A stretch of 64,000 bases of DNA. It comes from Antedon mediterranea (taxonomy: Eukaryota > Animalia > Echinodermata). The stretch spans positions 17,936,871-18,000,870 of the forward strand of contig NC_092676.1 in NCBI RefSeq assembly GCF_964355755.1, given 5' to 3'. Made by a program: the position numbers and the translations under genes. The notes below the pieces were generated by a model. The model made no database searches. It was not told the origin of the DNA and worked only from the letters and a program-made list of their open reading frames with translations. Shown in pieces: positions 12,690-26,920 of this stretch (positions within the stretch are counted from its first letter, which is position 1; every line of letters begins with the position of its first letter).

Positions 12690-15600
12690 TTTTCGAAAAT
12701 TTGCCTGTACTATATTAGTACAGGGATTTTTTTCCAAAAAATTGCCAATTTTCGACCCTTTAATTTTTCGATAAAACTGGTTACTATAGCACAATTAACG
12801 TGCGCAGAACCAATTATTCGTCTCTGCGCATGTTTATTATGCAATAGTAACCATTTATGTCAAAAAATAAAATTGTCGGAAATCGGCCATTTTTGGAAAA
12901 TTTCCTTGTAAAATTTCCTTTTACCTTTTTATTTTTCGATAAAACTGGTTACTATAGCACAATTAACATGCGCAGAACCCATTAGTCGGCTCTGCGCATG
13001 TTTATTATGGTATAGTAACCATTTATGTTAAAACTGGTTACTATAGCACATTTAACATGCGCAGAACCCATTATTCGTCTCTGCGCATGTTTATTATGCA
13101 ATAGTAACCATTTATGTCAAAACTGGTTACTATAGCACAATTGACATGCGCAGAACCAATTATTCGTCTCTGCGCATGCTTATTATGCAATAGTAACCAT
13201 TTATGTTAAAACTGGTTACTATAGCACAATTGACATGGGCAGAACCCATTATTCGTCTCTGCGCATGTTTATTATGCAATAGTAACCATTTATGTCAAAA
13301 AATAAAATGGTCGAAAATCGGCCATTTTTCGAAAATTTCCTTATACTATAGTACAGGGATTTTTTCCCAAAAAAATTGCCCATTTTCGACCCTTTTATTT
13401 TTCGATAAAACTGGTTACTATAGCACAATTAACGTGCGCAGATCCCATTAGTCGCCTCTGCGCATGTTTATTATGCTATAGTAACCATTTATGTAAAAAC
13501 TGGTTACTATAGCACAATTGACATGCGCAGAACCCATTATTCGTCTCTGCGCATGTTTATTATGCAATAGTAACCATTTATGTCAAAAAATAAAATGGTC
13601 GAAAATCGGCCATTTTTCGAAAATTTCCCTGTACAGGAATTTTTTCAAAAAAATGGCCAATTTTCGACCCTTTTATTTTTCGATAAAACTGGTTACTATA
13701 GCACAATTAACATGTGCAGAACCCATTAGTCGCTTCTGCGCATGTTTATTATGCTATAGTAACCATTTATGTCAAAACTGGTTAGTATAGCACAATTGAC
13801 ATGCGCAGAACCAATTATTCGTCTCTGCGCATGTTTATTATGCAATAGTAACCATTTATGTCAAAAAATAAAATTGTCGGAAATCGGCCATTTTTCGAAA
13901 ATTTCCTTGTACTATAGTACAGGGATTTTTTCAAAAAAATCGCCAATTTTTTACCTTTTTATTTTTCGATAAAACTGGTTACTATAGCACAATTAACATG
14001 CGCAGAACCCATTAGTCGGCTCTGCTCATGTTTATTATGGTATAGTAACCATTTATGTTAAAACTGGTTACTATAGCACATTTAACTTGCGCAGAACCCA
14101 TTATTCGTCTCTGCGCATGCTTATTATGCAATAGTAACCATTTATGTTAAAACTGGTTACTATAGCACAATTGACATGGGCAGAACCCATTATTCGTCTC
14201 TGCGCATGTTTATTATGCAATAGTAACCATTTATGTAAAAAAATAAAATGGTCGAAAATCGGCCATTTTTCGAAAATTTCCTTATACTATAGTACAGAGA
14301 TTTTTTCCCAAAAAAATTGCCAATTTTCGACCCTTTTATTTTTCGATAAAACTGGTTACTATAGCACAATTAACGTGCGCAGATCCCATTAGTCGCCTCT
14401 GCGCATGTTTATTATGCTATAGTAACCATTTATGTAAAAACTGGTTACTATAGCACAATTGACATGCGCAGAACCCATTATTCGTCTCTGCGCATGTTTA
14501 TTATGCAATAGTAACCATTTATGTCAAAAAATAAAATGGTCGAGAATCGGCCATTTTTCGAAAATTTCCCTGTACAGGAATTTTTTCAAAAAAATGGCCA
14601 ATTTTCGACCCTTTTATTTTTCGATAAAACTGGTTACTATAGCACAATTAACATGTGCAGAACCCATTAGTCGCTTCTGCGCATGTTTATTATGCTATAG
14701 TAACCATTTATGTCAAAACTGGTTAGTATAGCACAATTGACATGCGCAGAACCAATTATTCGTCTCTGCGCATGTTTATTATGCAATAGTAACCATTTAT
14801 GTCAAAAAATAAAATTGTCGGAAATCGGCCATTTTTCGAAAATTTCTTTGTACTATAGTACAGGGATTTTTTCAAAAAAATCGCCAATTTTTTACCTTTT
14901 TATTTTTCGATAAAACTGGTTACTATAGCACAATTAACATGCGCAGAACCCATTAGTCGGCTCTGCTCATGTTTATTATGGTATAGTAACCATTTATGTT
15001 AAAACTGGTTACTATAGCACATTTAACTTGCGCAGAACCCATTATTCGTCTCTGCGCATGTTTATTATGCAATAGTAACCATTTATGTCAAAACTGGTTA
15101 CTATAGCACAATTGACATGCGCAGAACCAATTATTCGTCTCTGCGCATGCTTATTATGCAATAGTAACCATTTATGTTAAAACTGGTTACTATAGCACAA
15201 TTTACATGGGCAGAACCCATTATTCGTCTCTGCGCATGTTTATTATGCAATAGTAACCATTTATGTCAAAAAATAAAATGGTCGAAAATCGGCCATTTTT
15301 CGAAAATTTCCTTGTACTATAGTACAGGGATTTTTTCAAAAAAATGGCCAATTTTCGACCCTTTTATTTTTCGATAAAACTGGTTACTATAGCACAATTA
15401 ACATGTGCAGAACCCATTAGTCGCCTCTGCGCATGTTTATTATGCTATAGTAACCATTTATGTCAAAACTGGTTAGTATAGCACAATTGACATGCGCAGA
15501 ACCAATTATTCGTCGGCCTACAAGGATTTTTTTCCAAAAAATGACCAATTTTCGACCCTTTTATTTTTCGATAAAACTGGTTACTATAGCACAATTAACA

Positions 15601-18600
15601 TGCGTAGAACCCATTAGTCGGCTCTGAGCATGTTTATTATGCTTTAGTAACCATTTATGTCAAAACTGGTTACTATAGCACAATTGACATGCGCAGAACC
15701 AATTATTCGTCTCTGCACATGTTTATTATGCAATAGTAACCATTTATTTCTAAAAATTAAAAGGGTCGAAATTCGGCCATTTTTGGAAAATTTCCTTGTA
15801 CTATAGTACAGGGATTTTTTTTATTTAATTCCAATTTTCGACCCTTTTATTTTTCGATAAAACTGGTTACTATAGCACAATTAACATGCGCAGAACCCAT
15901 TATTCGCCTCTGCGCATGTTTATTATGCTATAGTAACCATTTATGTCAAAACTGGTTACTATAGCACAATTGACATGCGCAGAACCTATTATTCGTCTCT
16001 GCGCATGTTTATTATGCAATAGTAACCATTTATGTCAAAAAATAAAATTGTCGGAAATCGGCCATTTTTGGAAAATTTCCTTGTAAAATTTCCTTTTACC
16101 TTTTTATTTTTCGATAAAACTGGTTACTATAGCACAATTAACATGCGCAGAACCCATTAGTCGGCTCTGCGCATGTTTATTATGGTATAGTAACCATTTA
16201 TGTTAAAACTGGTTACTATAGCACATTTAACATGCGCAGAACCCATTATTCGTCTCTGCGCATGTTTATTATGCAATAGTAACCATTTATTTCTAAAAAT
16301 TAAAAGGGTCGAAATTCGGCCATTTTTGGAAAATTTTCTTGTACTATAGTACAGGGATTTTTTTTATTTAATTCCAATTTTCGACCCTTTTATTTTTCGA
16401 TAAAACTGGTTACTATAGCACAATTAACATGCGCAGAACCCATTATTCGCCTCTGCGCATGTTTATTATGCAATAGTAACCATTTATGTCAAAAAATAAA
16501 ATTGTCGGAAATCGGCCATTTTTGGAAAATTTCCTTGTAAAATTACCTTTTTATTTTTCGATAAAACTGGTTACTATAGCACAATTAACATGCGCAGAAC
16601 CCATTAGTCGGCTCTGCGCATGTTTATTATGGTATAGTAACCATTTATGTTAAAACTGGTTACTATAGCACATTTAACATGCGCAGAACCCATTATTCGT
16701 CTCTGCGCATGTTTATTATGCAATAGTAACCATTTATGTCAAAACTGGTTACTATAGCACAATTGACATGCGCAGAACCAATTATTCGTCTCTGCGCATG
16801 CTTATTATGCAATAGTAACCATTTATGTTAAAACTGGTTACTATAGCACAATTGACATGGGCAGAACCCATTATTCGTCTCTGCGCATGTTTATTATGCA
16901 ATAGTAACCATTTATGTCAAAAAATAAAATGGTCGAAAATCGGCCATTTTTCGAAAATTTCCTTATACTATAGTACAGGGATTTTTTCCCAAAAAAATTG
17001 CCAATTTTCGACCCTTTTATTTTTCGATAAAACTGGTTACTATAGCACAATTAACGTGCGCAGATCCCATTAGTCGCCTCTGCGCATGTTTATTATGCTA
17101 TAGTAACCATTTATGTAAAAACTGGTTACTATAGCACAATTGACATGCGCAGAACCCATTATTCGTCTCTGCGCATGTTTATTATGCAATAGTAACCATT
17201 TATGTCAAAAAATAAAATGGTCGAAAATCGGCCATTTTTCGAAAATTTCCCTGTACAGGAATTTTTTCAAAAAAATGGCCAATTTTCGACCCTTTTATTT
17301 TTCGATAAAACTGGTTACTATAGCACAATTAACATGTGCAGAACCCATTAGTCGCTTCTGCGCATGTTTATTATGCTATAGTAACCATTTATGTCAAAAC
17401 TGGTTAGTATAGCACAATTGACATGCGCAGAACCAATTATTCGTCTCTGCGCATGTTTATTATGCAATAGTAACCATTTATGTCAAAAAATAAAATTGTC
17501 GGAAATCGGCCATTTTTCGAAAATTTCCTTGTACTATAGTACAGGGATTTTTTCAAAAAAATCGCCAATTATTTACCTTTTTATTTTTCGATAAAACTGG
17601 TTACTATAGCACAATTAACATGCGCAGAACCCATTAGTCGGCTCTGCTCATGTTTATTATGGTATAGTAACCATTTATGTTAAAACTGGTTACTATAGCA
17701 CATTTAACTTGCGCAGAACCCATTATTCGTCTCTGCGCATGCTTATTATGCAATAGTAACCATTTATGTTAAAACTGGTTACTATAGCACAATTGACATG
17801 GGCAGAACCCATTATTCGTCTCTTCGCATGTTTATTATGCAATAGTAACCATTTATGTAAAAAAATAAAATGGTCGAAAATCGGCCATTTTTCGAAAATT
17901 TCCTTATACTATAGTACAGGGATTTTTTCCCAAAAAAATTGCCAATTTTCGACCCTTTTATTTTTCGATAAAACTGGTTACTATAGCACAATTAACGTGC
18001 GCAGATCCCATTAGTCGCCTCTGCGCATGTTTATTATGCTATAGTAACCATTTATGTAAAAACTGGTTACTATAGCACAATTGACATGCGCAGAACCCAT
18101 TATTCGTCTCTGCGCATGTTTATTATGCAATAGTAACCATTTATGTCAAAAAATAAAATGGTCGAAAATCGGCCATTTTTCGAAAATTTCCCTGTACAGG
18201 AATTTTTTCAAAAAAATGGCCAATTTTCGACCCTTTTATTTTTCGATAAAACTGGTTACTATAGCACAATTAACATGTGCAGAACCCATTAGTCGCTTCT
18301 GCGCATGTTTATTATGCTATAGTAACCATTTATGTCAAAACTGGTTAGTATAGCACAATTGACATGCGCAGAACCAATTATTCGTCTCTGCGCATGTTTA
18401 TTATGCAATAGTAACCATTTATGTCAAAAAATAAAATTGTCGGAAATCGGCCATTTTTCGAAAATTTCCTTGTACTATAGTACAGGGATTTTTTCAAAAA
18501 AATCGCCAATTTTTTACCTTTTTATTTTTCGATAAAACTGGTTACTATAGCACAATTAACATGCGCAGAACCCATTAGTCGGCTCTGCTCATGTTTATTA

Positions 18601-21600
18601 TGGTATAGTAACCATTTATGTTAAAACTGGTTACTATAGCACATTTAACTTGCGCAGAACCCATTATTCGTCTCTGCGCATGCTTATTATGCAATAGTAA
18701 CCATTTATGTTAAAACTGGTTACTATAGCACAATTGACATGGGCAGAACCCATTATTCGTCTCTTCGCATGTTTATTATGCAATAGTAACCATTTATGTA
18801 AAAAAATAAAATGGTCGAAAATCGGCCATTTTTCGAAAATTTCCTTATACTATAGTACAGGGATTTTTTCCCAAAAAAATTGCCAATTTTCGACCCTTTT
18901 ATTTTTCGATAAAACTGGTTACTATAGCACAATTAACGTGCGCAGATCCCATTAGTCGCCTCTGCGCATGTTTATTATGCTATAGTAACCATTTATGTAA
19001 AAACTGGTTACTATAGCACAATTGACATGCGCAGAACCCATTATTCGTCTGTGCGCATGTTTATTATGCAATAGTAACCATTTATGTCAAAAAATAAAAT
19101 GGTCGAGAATCGGCCATTTTTCGAAAATTTCCCTGTACAGGAATTTTTTCAAAAAAATAGCCAATTTTCGACCCTTTTATTTTTCGATAAAACTGGTTAC
19201 TATAGCACAATTAACATGTGCAGAACCCATTAGTCGCTTCTGCGCATGTTTATGCTATAGTAACCATTTATGTCAAAACTGGTTAGTATAGCACAATTGA
19301 CATGCGCAGAACCAATTATTCGTCTCTGCGCATGTTTATTATGCAATAGTAACCATTTATGTCAAAAAATAAAATTGTCGGAAATCGGCCATTTTTCCAA
19401 AATTTCCTTGTACTATAGTACAGGGATTTTTTCAAAAAAATCGCCAATTTTTTACCTTTTTATTTTTCGATAAAACTGGTTACTATAGCACAATTAACAT
19501 GCGCAGAACCCATTAGTCGGCTCTGCTCATGTTTATTATGGTATAGTAACCATTTATGTTAAAACTGGTTACTATAGCACATTTAACTTGCGCAGAACCC
19601 ATTATTCGTCTCTGCGCATGTTTATTATGCAATAGTAACCATTTATGTCAAAACTGGTTACTATAGCACAATTGACATGCGCAGAACCAATTATTCGTCT
19701 CTGCGCATGCTTATTATGCAATAGTAACCAATTATGTTAAAACTGGTTACTATAGCACAATTTACATGGGCAGAACCCATTATTCGTCTCTGCGCATGTT
19801 TATTATGCAATAGTAACCATTTATGTCAAAAAATAAAATGGTCGAAAATCGGCCATTTTTCGAAAATTTCCTTGTACTATAGTACAGGGATTTTTTCAAA
19901 AAAATGGCCAATTTTCGACCCTTTTATTTTTCGATAAAACTGGTTACTATAGCACAATTAACATGTGCAGAACCCATTAGTCGCTTCTGCGCATGTTTAT
20001 TATGCTATAGTAACCATTTATGTCAAAACTGGTTAGTATAGCACAATTGACATGCGCAGAACCAATTATTCGTCTCTGCGCATGTTTATTATGCAATAGT
20101 AACCATTTATGTCAAAAAATAAAATTGTCGGAAATCGGCCATTTTTCGAAAATTTCCTTGTACTATAGTACAGGGATTTTTTCAAAAAAATCGCCAATTT
20201 TTTACCTTTTTATTTTTCGATAAAACTGGTTACTATAGCACAATTAACATGCGCAGAACCCATTAGTCGGCTCTGCGCATGTTTGGTATAGTAACCATTT
20301 ATGTTAAAACTGGTTACTATAGCACATTTAACAAGCGCAGAACCCATTATTCGTCTCTGCGCATGTTTATTATGCAATAGTAACCATTTATGTCAAAACT
20401 GGTTACTATAGCACAATTGACATGCGCAGAACCAATTATTCGTCTCTGCGCATGCTTATTATGCAATAGTAACCATTTATGTTAAAACTGGTTACTATAG
20501 CACAATTGACATGGGCAGAACCCATTATTCGTCTCTGCGAATTTTTATTATGCAATAGTAACCATTTATGTCAAAAAATAAAATGATCGAAAATCGGCCA
20601 TTTTTCGAAAATTTCCCTATACTATAGTACAGGATTTTTGTCCAAAAAAATTGCCAATTTTCGACCTTTTTATTTTTCGATAAAACTGGTTACTATAGCA
20701 CAATTAACGTGCGCAGATCCCATTAGTCACCTCTGCGCATGTTTATTATGCTATAGTAACCATTTATGTAAAAACTGGTTACTATAGCACAATTGACATG
20801 CGCAGAACCCATTATTCGTCTCTGCGCATGATTATTATGCAATAGTAACCATTTATGTCAAAAAATAAAATGGTCGAAAATCGGCCATTTTTCGAAAATG
20901 TCCCTGTACAGGGATTTTTTCAATAAAATGGCCAATTTTCGACCCTTTTATTTTTCGATAAAACTGGTTACTATAGCACAATTAACATGTGCAGAACCCA
21001 TTAGTCGCTTCTGCGCATGTTTATTATGCTATAGTAACCATTTATGTCAAAACTGGTTACTATAGCACAATTAACACGCGCAGAACCCATTATTCGTCTC
21101 TGCGCATGTTTATTATGCAATAGTAACCATTTATGTCAAAAAATAAAATGGTCGCAAATCGGCCATTTTTCGAAAATTTCCCTGTACAGGAATTTTTTCA
21201 AAAAAATGGCCAATTTTCGACCCTTTTATTTTTCGATAAAACTGGTTACTATAGCACAATTGACATGCGCAGAACCTATTATTCGTCTCTTCGCATGCTT
21301 ATTATGCAATAGTAACCATTTATGTCAAAAAATAAAACGGTCGAAAATCGGCCATTTTTCGAAAATTTCCCTGTACTATAGTACAGGGATTTTTTCCAAA
21401 AAATTGCCAATTTTCGACCCTTTTATTTTTCGATAAAACTGGTTACTATAGCACAATTAACGTGCGCAGAACCCATTAGTCGCCTCTGCGCATGTTTATT
21501 ATGCTATTGTAACCATTTATGTAAAAACTGGTCACTATAGCACAATTGACATGCGCAGAACCCATTATTCGTCTCTGCGCATGTTTATTATGCAATAGTA

Positions 21601-24600
21601 ACCATTTATGTTAAAAAATAAAAGGGTCGAAAATCGACCATTTTTCGAAAATTCCCCTGTACTATAGTACGGGGATTTTCTTCCAAAAAATTGCCAATTT
21701 TCGACCCTTTTATTTTTCGATAAAACTGGTTACTATAGCACAATTAACGTGCGCAGAACCCATTAGTCGCCTCTGCGCATGTTTATTATGCTATAGTAAC
21801 CATTTATGTAAAAACTGGTTACTATAGCACAATTGACATGCGCAGAACCCATTATTCGTCTCTGCGCATGTTTATTATGCAATAGTAACCATTTATGTCA
21901 AAAAATAAAATGGTCGAAAATCGGTCATTTTTCGAAAATTTCCCTGTACTATAGTAGAGGGAGTTTCTTCCAAAAAATTGCCAATTTTCGACCCTTTTAT
22001 TTTTCGATAAAACTGGTTACTATAGCACAATTAACGTGCGCAGAACCCATTAGTCGCCTCTGCGCATGTTTATTATGCTATAGTAACCATTTATGTAAAA
22101 ACTGGTCACTATAGCACAATTGACATGCACAGAACCCATTATTCGTCTCTGCGTATGTTTATTATGCAATAGTAACAATTTATGTCAAAAAATAAACGGG
22201 TCGAAAATCGACCATTTTTCGAAAATTCCCCTGTACTATAGTACAAGGATTTTTTTCCAAAAAATGACCAATTTTCGACCCTTTTATTTTCGATAAAACT
22301 GGTTACTATAGCACAATTAACATGCGTAGAACCCATTAGTCGGCTCTGCGCATGTTTATTATGCTTTAGTAACCATTTATGTCAAAACTGGTTACTATAG
22401 CACAATTGACATGCGCAGAACCAATTATTCGTCTATGCACATGTTTATTATGCAATAGTAACCATATATATCAAAAAATAAAAGGGTCGAAAATCGGCCA
22501 TTTTTGGAAAATTTCCTTGTACTATAGTACAGGGATTTTTTTTTAAATTTTCGACCCTTTTATTTTTCGATAAAACTGGTTACTATAGCACAATTAACAT
22601 GCGCAGAACCCATTATTCGCCTCTGCGCATGTTTATTATGCTATAGTAACCATTTATGTCAAAACTGGTCACTATAGCACAATTGACATGCGCAGAACCC
22701 ATTATTCGTCTCTGCGCATGTTTATTATGCAATAGTAACCATTTATGTCAAAAAATAAACGGGTCGAAAATCGACCATTTTTCGAAAATTCCCTGTACTA
22801 TAGTACAGGGATTTTTTCCAAAAAATTGCCAATTTTCGACCCTTTTATTTTTCGATAAAACTGGTTACTATAGCACAATTAACGTGCGCAGAACCCATTA
22901 GTCGCCTCTGCGCATGTTTATTATGCTATAGTAACCATTTATGTAAAAACTGGTCACTATAGCACAATTGACATGCGCAGAACCCATTATTCGTCTCTGC
23001 GCATGTTTATTATGCAATAGTAACCATTTATGTCAAAAAATAAAATGGTCGCAAATCGGCCATTTTTCGAAAATTTCCCTGTACTATAGTAGGCCTACAA
23101 GGATTTTTTCCAAAAAATGACCAATTTTCGACCCTTTTATTTTTCGATAAAACTGGTTACTATAGCACAATTAACATGCGTAGAACCCATTAGTCGGCTC
23201 TGAGCATGTTTATTATGCTTTAGTAACCATTTATGTCAAAACTGGTTACTATAGCACAATTGACATGCGCAGAACCAATTATTCGTCTCTGCACATGTTT
23301 ATTATGCAATAGTAACCATTTATTTCTAAAAATTAAAAGGGTCGAAATTCGGCCATTTTTTGAAAATTTCCTTTTACTATAGTACAGGGATTTTTTTTAT
23401 TTAATTCCAATTTTCGACCCTTTTATTTTTCGATAAAACTGGTTACTATAGCACAATTAACATGCGCAGAACCCATTATTAGCCTCTGCGCATGTTTAGT
23501 ATGCTATAGTAACCATTTATGTCAAAACTGGTTACTATAGCACAATTGACATGCGCAGAACCTATTATTCGTCTCTTCGCATGTTTATTATGCAATAGTA
23601 ACCATTTATGTCAAAAAATAAAACGGTCGAAAATCGGCCATTTTTCGAAAATTTCCTTATACTATAGTACAGGGATTTTTTCCAAAAAATTGCCAATTTT
23701 CGACCCTTTTATTTTTCGATAAAACTGGTTACTATAGCACAATTAACGTGCGCAGAACCCATTAGTCGCCTCTGCGCATGTTTATTATGCTATTGTAACC
23801 ATTTATGTAAAAACTGGTCACTATAGCACAATTGACATGCGCAGAACCCATTATTCGTCTCTGCGCATGTTTATTATGCAATAGTAACCATTTATGTTAA
23901 AAAATAAAAGGGTCGAAAATCGACCATTTTTCGAAAATTCCCCTGTACTATAGTACGGGGATTTTCTTCCAAAAAATTGCCAATTTTCGACCCTTTTATT
24001 TTTCGATAAAACTGGTTACTATAGCACAATTAACGTGCGCAGAACCCATTAGTCGCCTCTGCGCATGTTTATTATGCTATAGTAACCATTTATGTAAAAA
24101 CTGGTTACTATAGCACAATTGACATGCGCAGAACCCATTATTCGTCTCTGCGCATGTTTATTATGCAATAGTAACCATTTATGTAAAAAAATAAAATGGT
24201 CGAAAATCGGTCATTTTTCGAAAATTTCCCTGTACTATAGTACAGGGATTTTTTCCAAAAAATTGCCAATTTTCGACCCTTTTATTTTTCGATAAAACTG
24301 GTTACTATAGCACAATTAACGTGCGCAGAACCCATTAGTCGCCTCTGCGCATGTTTATTATGCTATAGTAACCATTTATGTAAAAACTGGTCACTATAGC
24401 ACAATTGACATGCGCAGAACCCATTATTCGTCTCTGCGCATGTTTATTATGCAATAGTAACCATTTATGTTAAAAAATAAAAGGGTCGAAAATCGACCAT
24501 TTTTCGAAAATTCCCCTGTACTATAGTAGAGGGATTTTTTCCAAAAAATTGCCAATTTTCGACCCTTTTATTTTTCGATAAAACTGGTTACTATAGCACA

Positions 24601-25682
24601 ATTAACGTGCGCAGAACCCATTAGTTGCTTCTGCGCATGTTTATTATGCTATAGTAACCATTTATGTAAAAACTGCTTACTATAGCACAATTGACATGCG
24701 CAGAGCCCATTATTCGTCTCTGCGCATGTTTATTATGCAATAGTAACCATTTATGTCAAAAAATAAAATGGTCGAAAACCGGCCATTTTTCGAAAATTTT
24801 CCTGTACAGGGATTTTTTCAATAAAATGGCCAATTTTCGACCCTTTTATTTTTCGATAAAACTGGTTACTAAAGCACAATTAACATGTGCAGAACCCATT
24901 AGTCGCTTCTGCGCATGTTTATTATGCTATAGTAACCATTTATGTCAAAACTGGTTACTATAGCACAATTAACACGCGCAGAACCCATTATTCGTCTCTG
25001 CGCATGTTTATTATGCAATAGTAACCATTTATGTCAAAAAATAAAATGGTCGCAAATCGGCCATTTTTCGAAAATTTCCCAATAGTATAGTAGAGGGATT
25101 TTTTTCCCAAAAATTGCCAATTTTCGACCCTTTTATTTTGTCGATAAAACTGGTTACTATAGCACAATTAACGTGCGCAGAACCCATTAGTCGCCTCTGC
25201 GCATGTTTATTATGCTATAGTAACCATTTATGTAAAAACTGGTCACTATAGCACAATTGACATGCGCAGAACCCATTATTCGTCTCTGCGCATGTTTATT
25301 ATGCAATAATAACAATTTATGTCAAAAAATAAACGGGTCGAAAATCGACCATTTTTCGAAAATTCCCCTGTACTAAAGTATAAGGATTTTTTTCCAAAAA
25401 ATGACCAATTTTCGACCCTTTTATTTTTCGATAAAACTGGTTACTATAGCACAATTAACATGCGTAGAACCCATTAGTCGGCTCTGAGCATGTTTATTAT
25501 GCTTTAGTAACCATTTATGTCAAAACTGGTTACTATAGCACAATTGACATGCGCAGAACCCATTAGTCCCTCTGCGCATGTTTATTATGCTTTAGTAACC
25601 ATTTATGTCAAAACTGGTTACTACAGCACAATTGACATGCGCAGAACCCATTAGTCCCTCTGCGCATGTTTATTATGCTATG
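12690..25682. repeat. ~13 kb satellite array of two palindromic monomers (89-bp A, ~100-110-bp B) with a 941-bp higher-order repeat
   Basis: A = AAAACTGGTTACTATAGCACAATTGACATGCGCAGAACCCATTATTCGTCTCTGCGCATGTTTATTATGCAATAGTAACCATTTATGTC. B is centred on CCCTGTACTATAGTACAGGG. The ORF track recurs at 13203/14144 and 16825/17766/18707 (941-bp period). Degenerate monomers flank the array at 10950-12175 and 25700-26090. Confidence 0.97.
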
Positions 25683-26538
25683 CATTTCTTATTTAATTAT
25701 ACATTGACGCATAATAATGGAATTTTGAATAGGTCGAAATATTTATTGTTACATCAAAAATGGAATGTATATTGATACATCTTCATCAAATCGTGTCATT
25801 TCTTTTTCCAATAAGACAATATATGTACACATACACACTAATATTACCGCATAATAATGGTATTTTCGAAACAAATATGCACAGGAGTTCTCTCGAAAAT
25901 AAATAATCACTACATGAATTTTAATGGATAATGACAGCAAAGAGGCAAAATGAACCCGAAATTTAGCCATATTTCGAAATATGTCAGATTTTGACCTTTT
26001 TATTTTCTGACATAAAGTGATCAATGAATATTAGTGCATAGTAAAAGATTTTTTTTGAAATTTGAAAAAAAAAAATCCCTGTACTATTATTTCATTTTTC
26101 TTTTACATAACTTGGTATTCATATACCATACCACATTCAGATATGTAAACATTTTTAATTAAGTGTGCCACTTTTAACCCTCGACATTTTAAAACAAGCA
26201 AGTATGAAAGTTATTTTCCAGATGAAAGGTTAGTGCAGCACAAAAGAAACAATATTATATTACTACTAGGCAGTAAATCTGTTGTATTTACAAAATAAAG
26301 ACATTCCATTGTTTTCTATTTGTATATACATAAAATTCTGTATCTTAATTTGATCAAATAAGCTTGAAATTATAATTAAAAATGTGATATTAATAATATA
26401 ATATTGGCATGAGTCATTTATGAATTATTGGTTTATGTCCCTCATTTAGCAGAATTTATCCTTTTTTCCTTGTACAATTTACTTGTCAACATATTGATAA
26501 TTACAGATTGTTCACAACACAACATTACAATATCTACC

Positions 26539-26920
26539 ATTATATAACAATTAAATACATTCCTGTCATTTTATTGGATGATTGTGGGTCACATAGCGTG
26601 CAATAGTATACAAATAATGAATGTTTATGAGTGCAATGGTACAAATAATGGCACGAGGTGAATGATGAAAGGTTATATTAACGAGGCAAAGCCGAGTTGA
26701 TATAACCTTTCATCATTCACCAAGTGCCATTATTTGTACCATTACACGAATACAAAACATTCATTATTTGTTTTATATAACATCTAGACGTTTTTTTTTC
26801 GTACACAAAAATGTTTCAAAAAGTACTATTTAACGATCGTTGAATAGTGCGTACTATTGCACGCCATGTGACCCACATTCGTCCAATCAAATGACAAGAA
26901 TTTATATAGGTGTTATATAA
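26539..26920. mobile_element. Palindromic non-autonomous element (MITE-like)
   Basis: Outer inverted repeats TTATATAAC...CTGTCATTTTATTGGATGATTGTGGGTCACAT / ATGTGACCCACATTCGTCCAATCAAATGACAAG...GTTATATAA, plus a long inner palindrome centred on GAGGCAAAGCCGAG. Confidence 0.7.

Noticed and set aside
12690-25682. CRISPR-like alternation of palindromic repeats, and many 67-130 aa Cys-rich ORFs
   Set aside because: The intervening sequences are themselves repeated, there are no cas genes, the context is eukaryotic, and the ORFs are frame-inconsistent translations of an 89-bp monomer.
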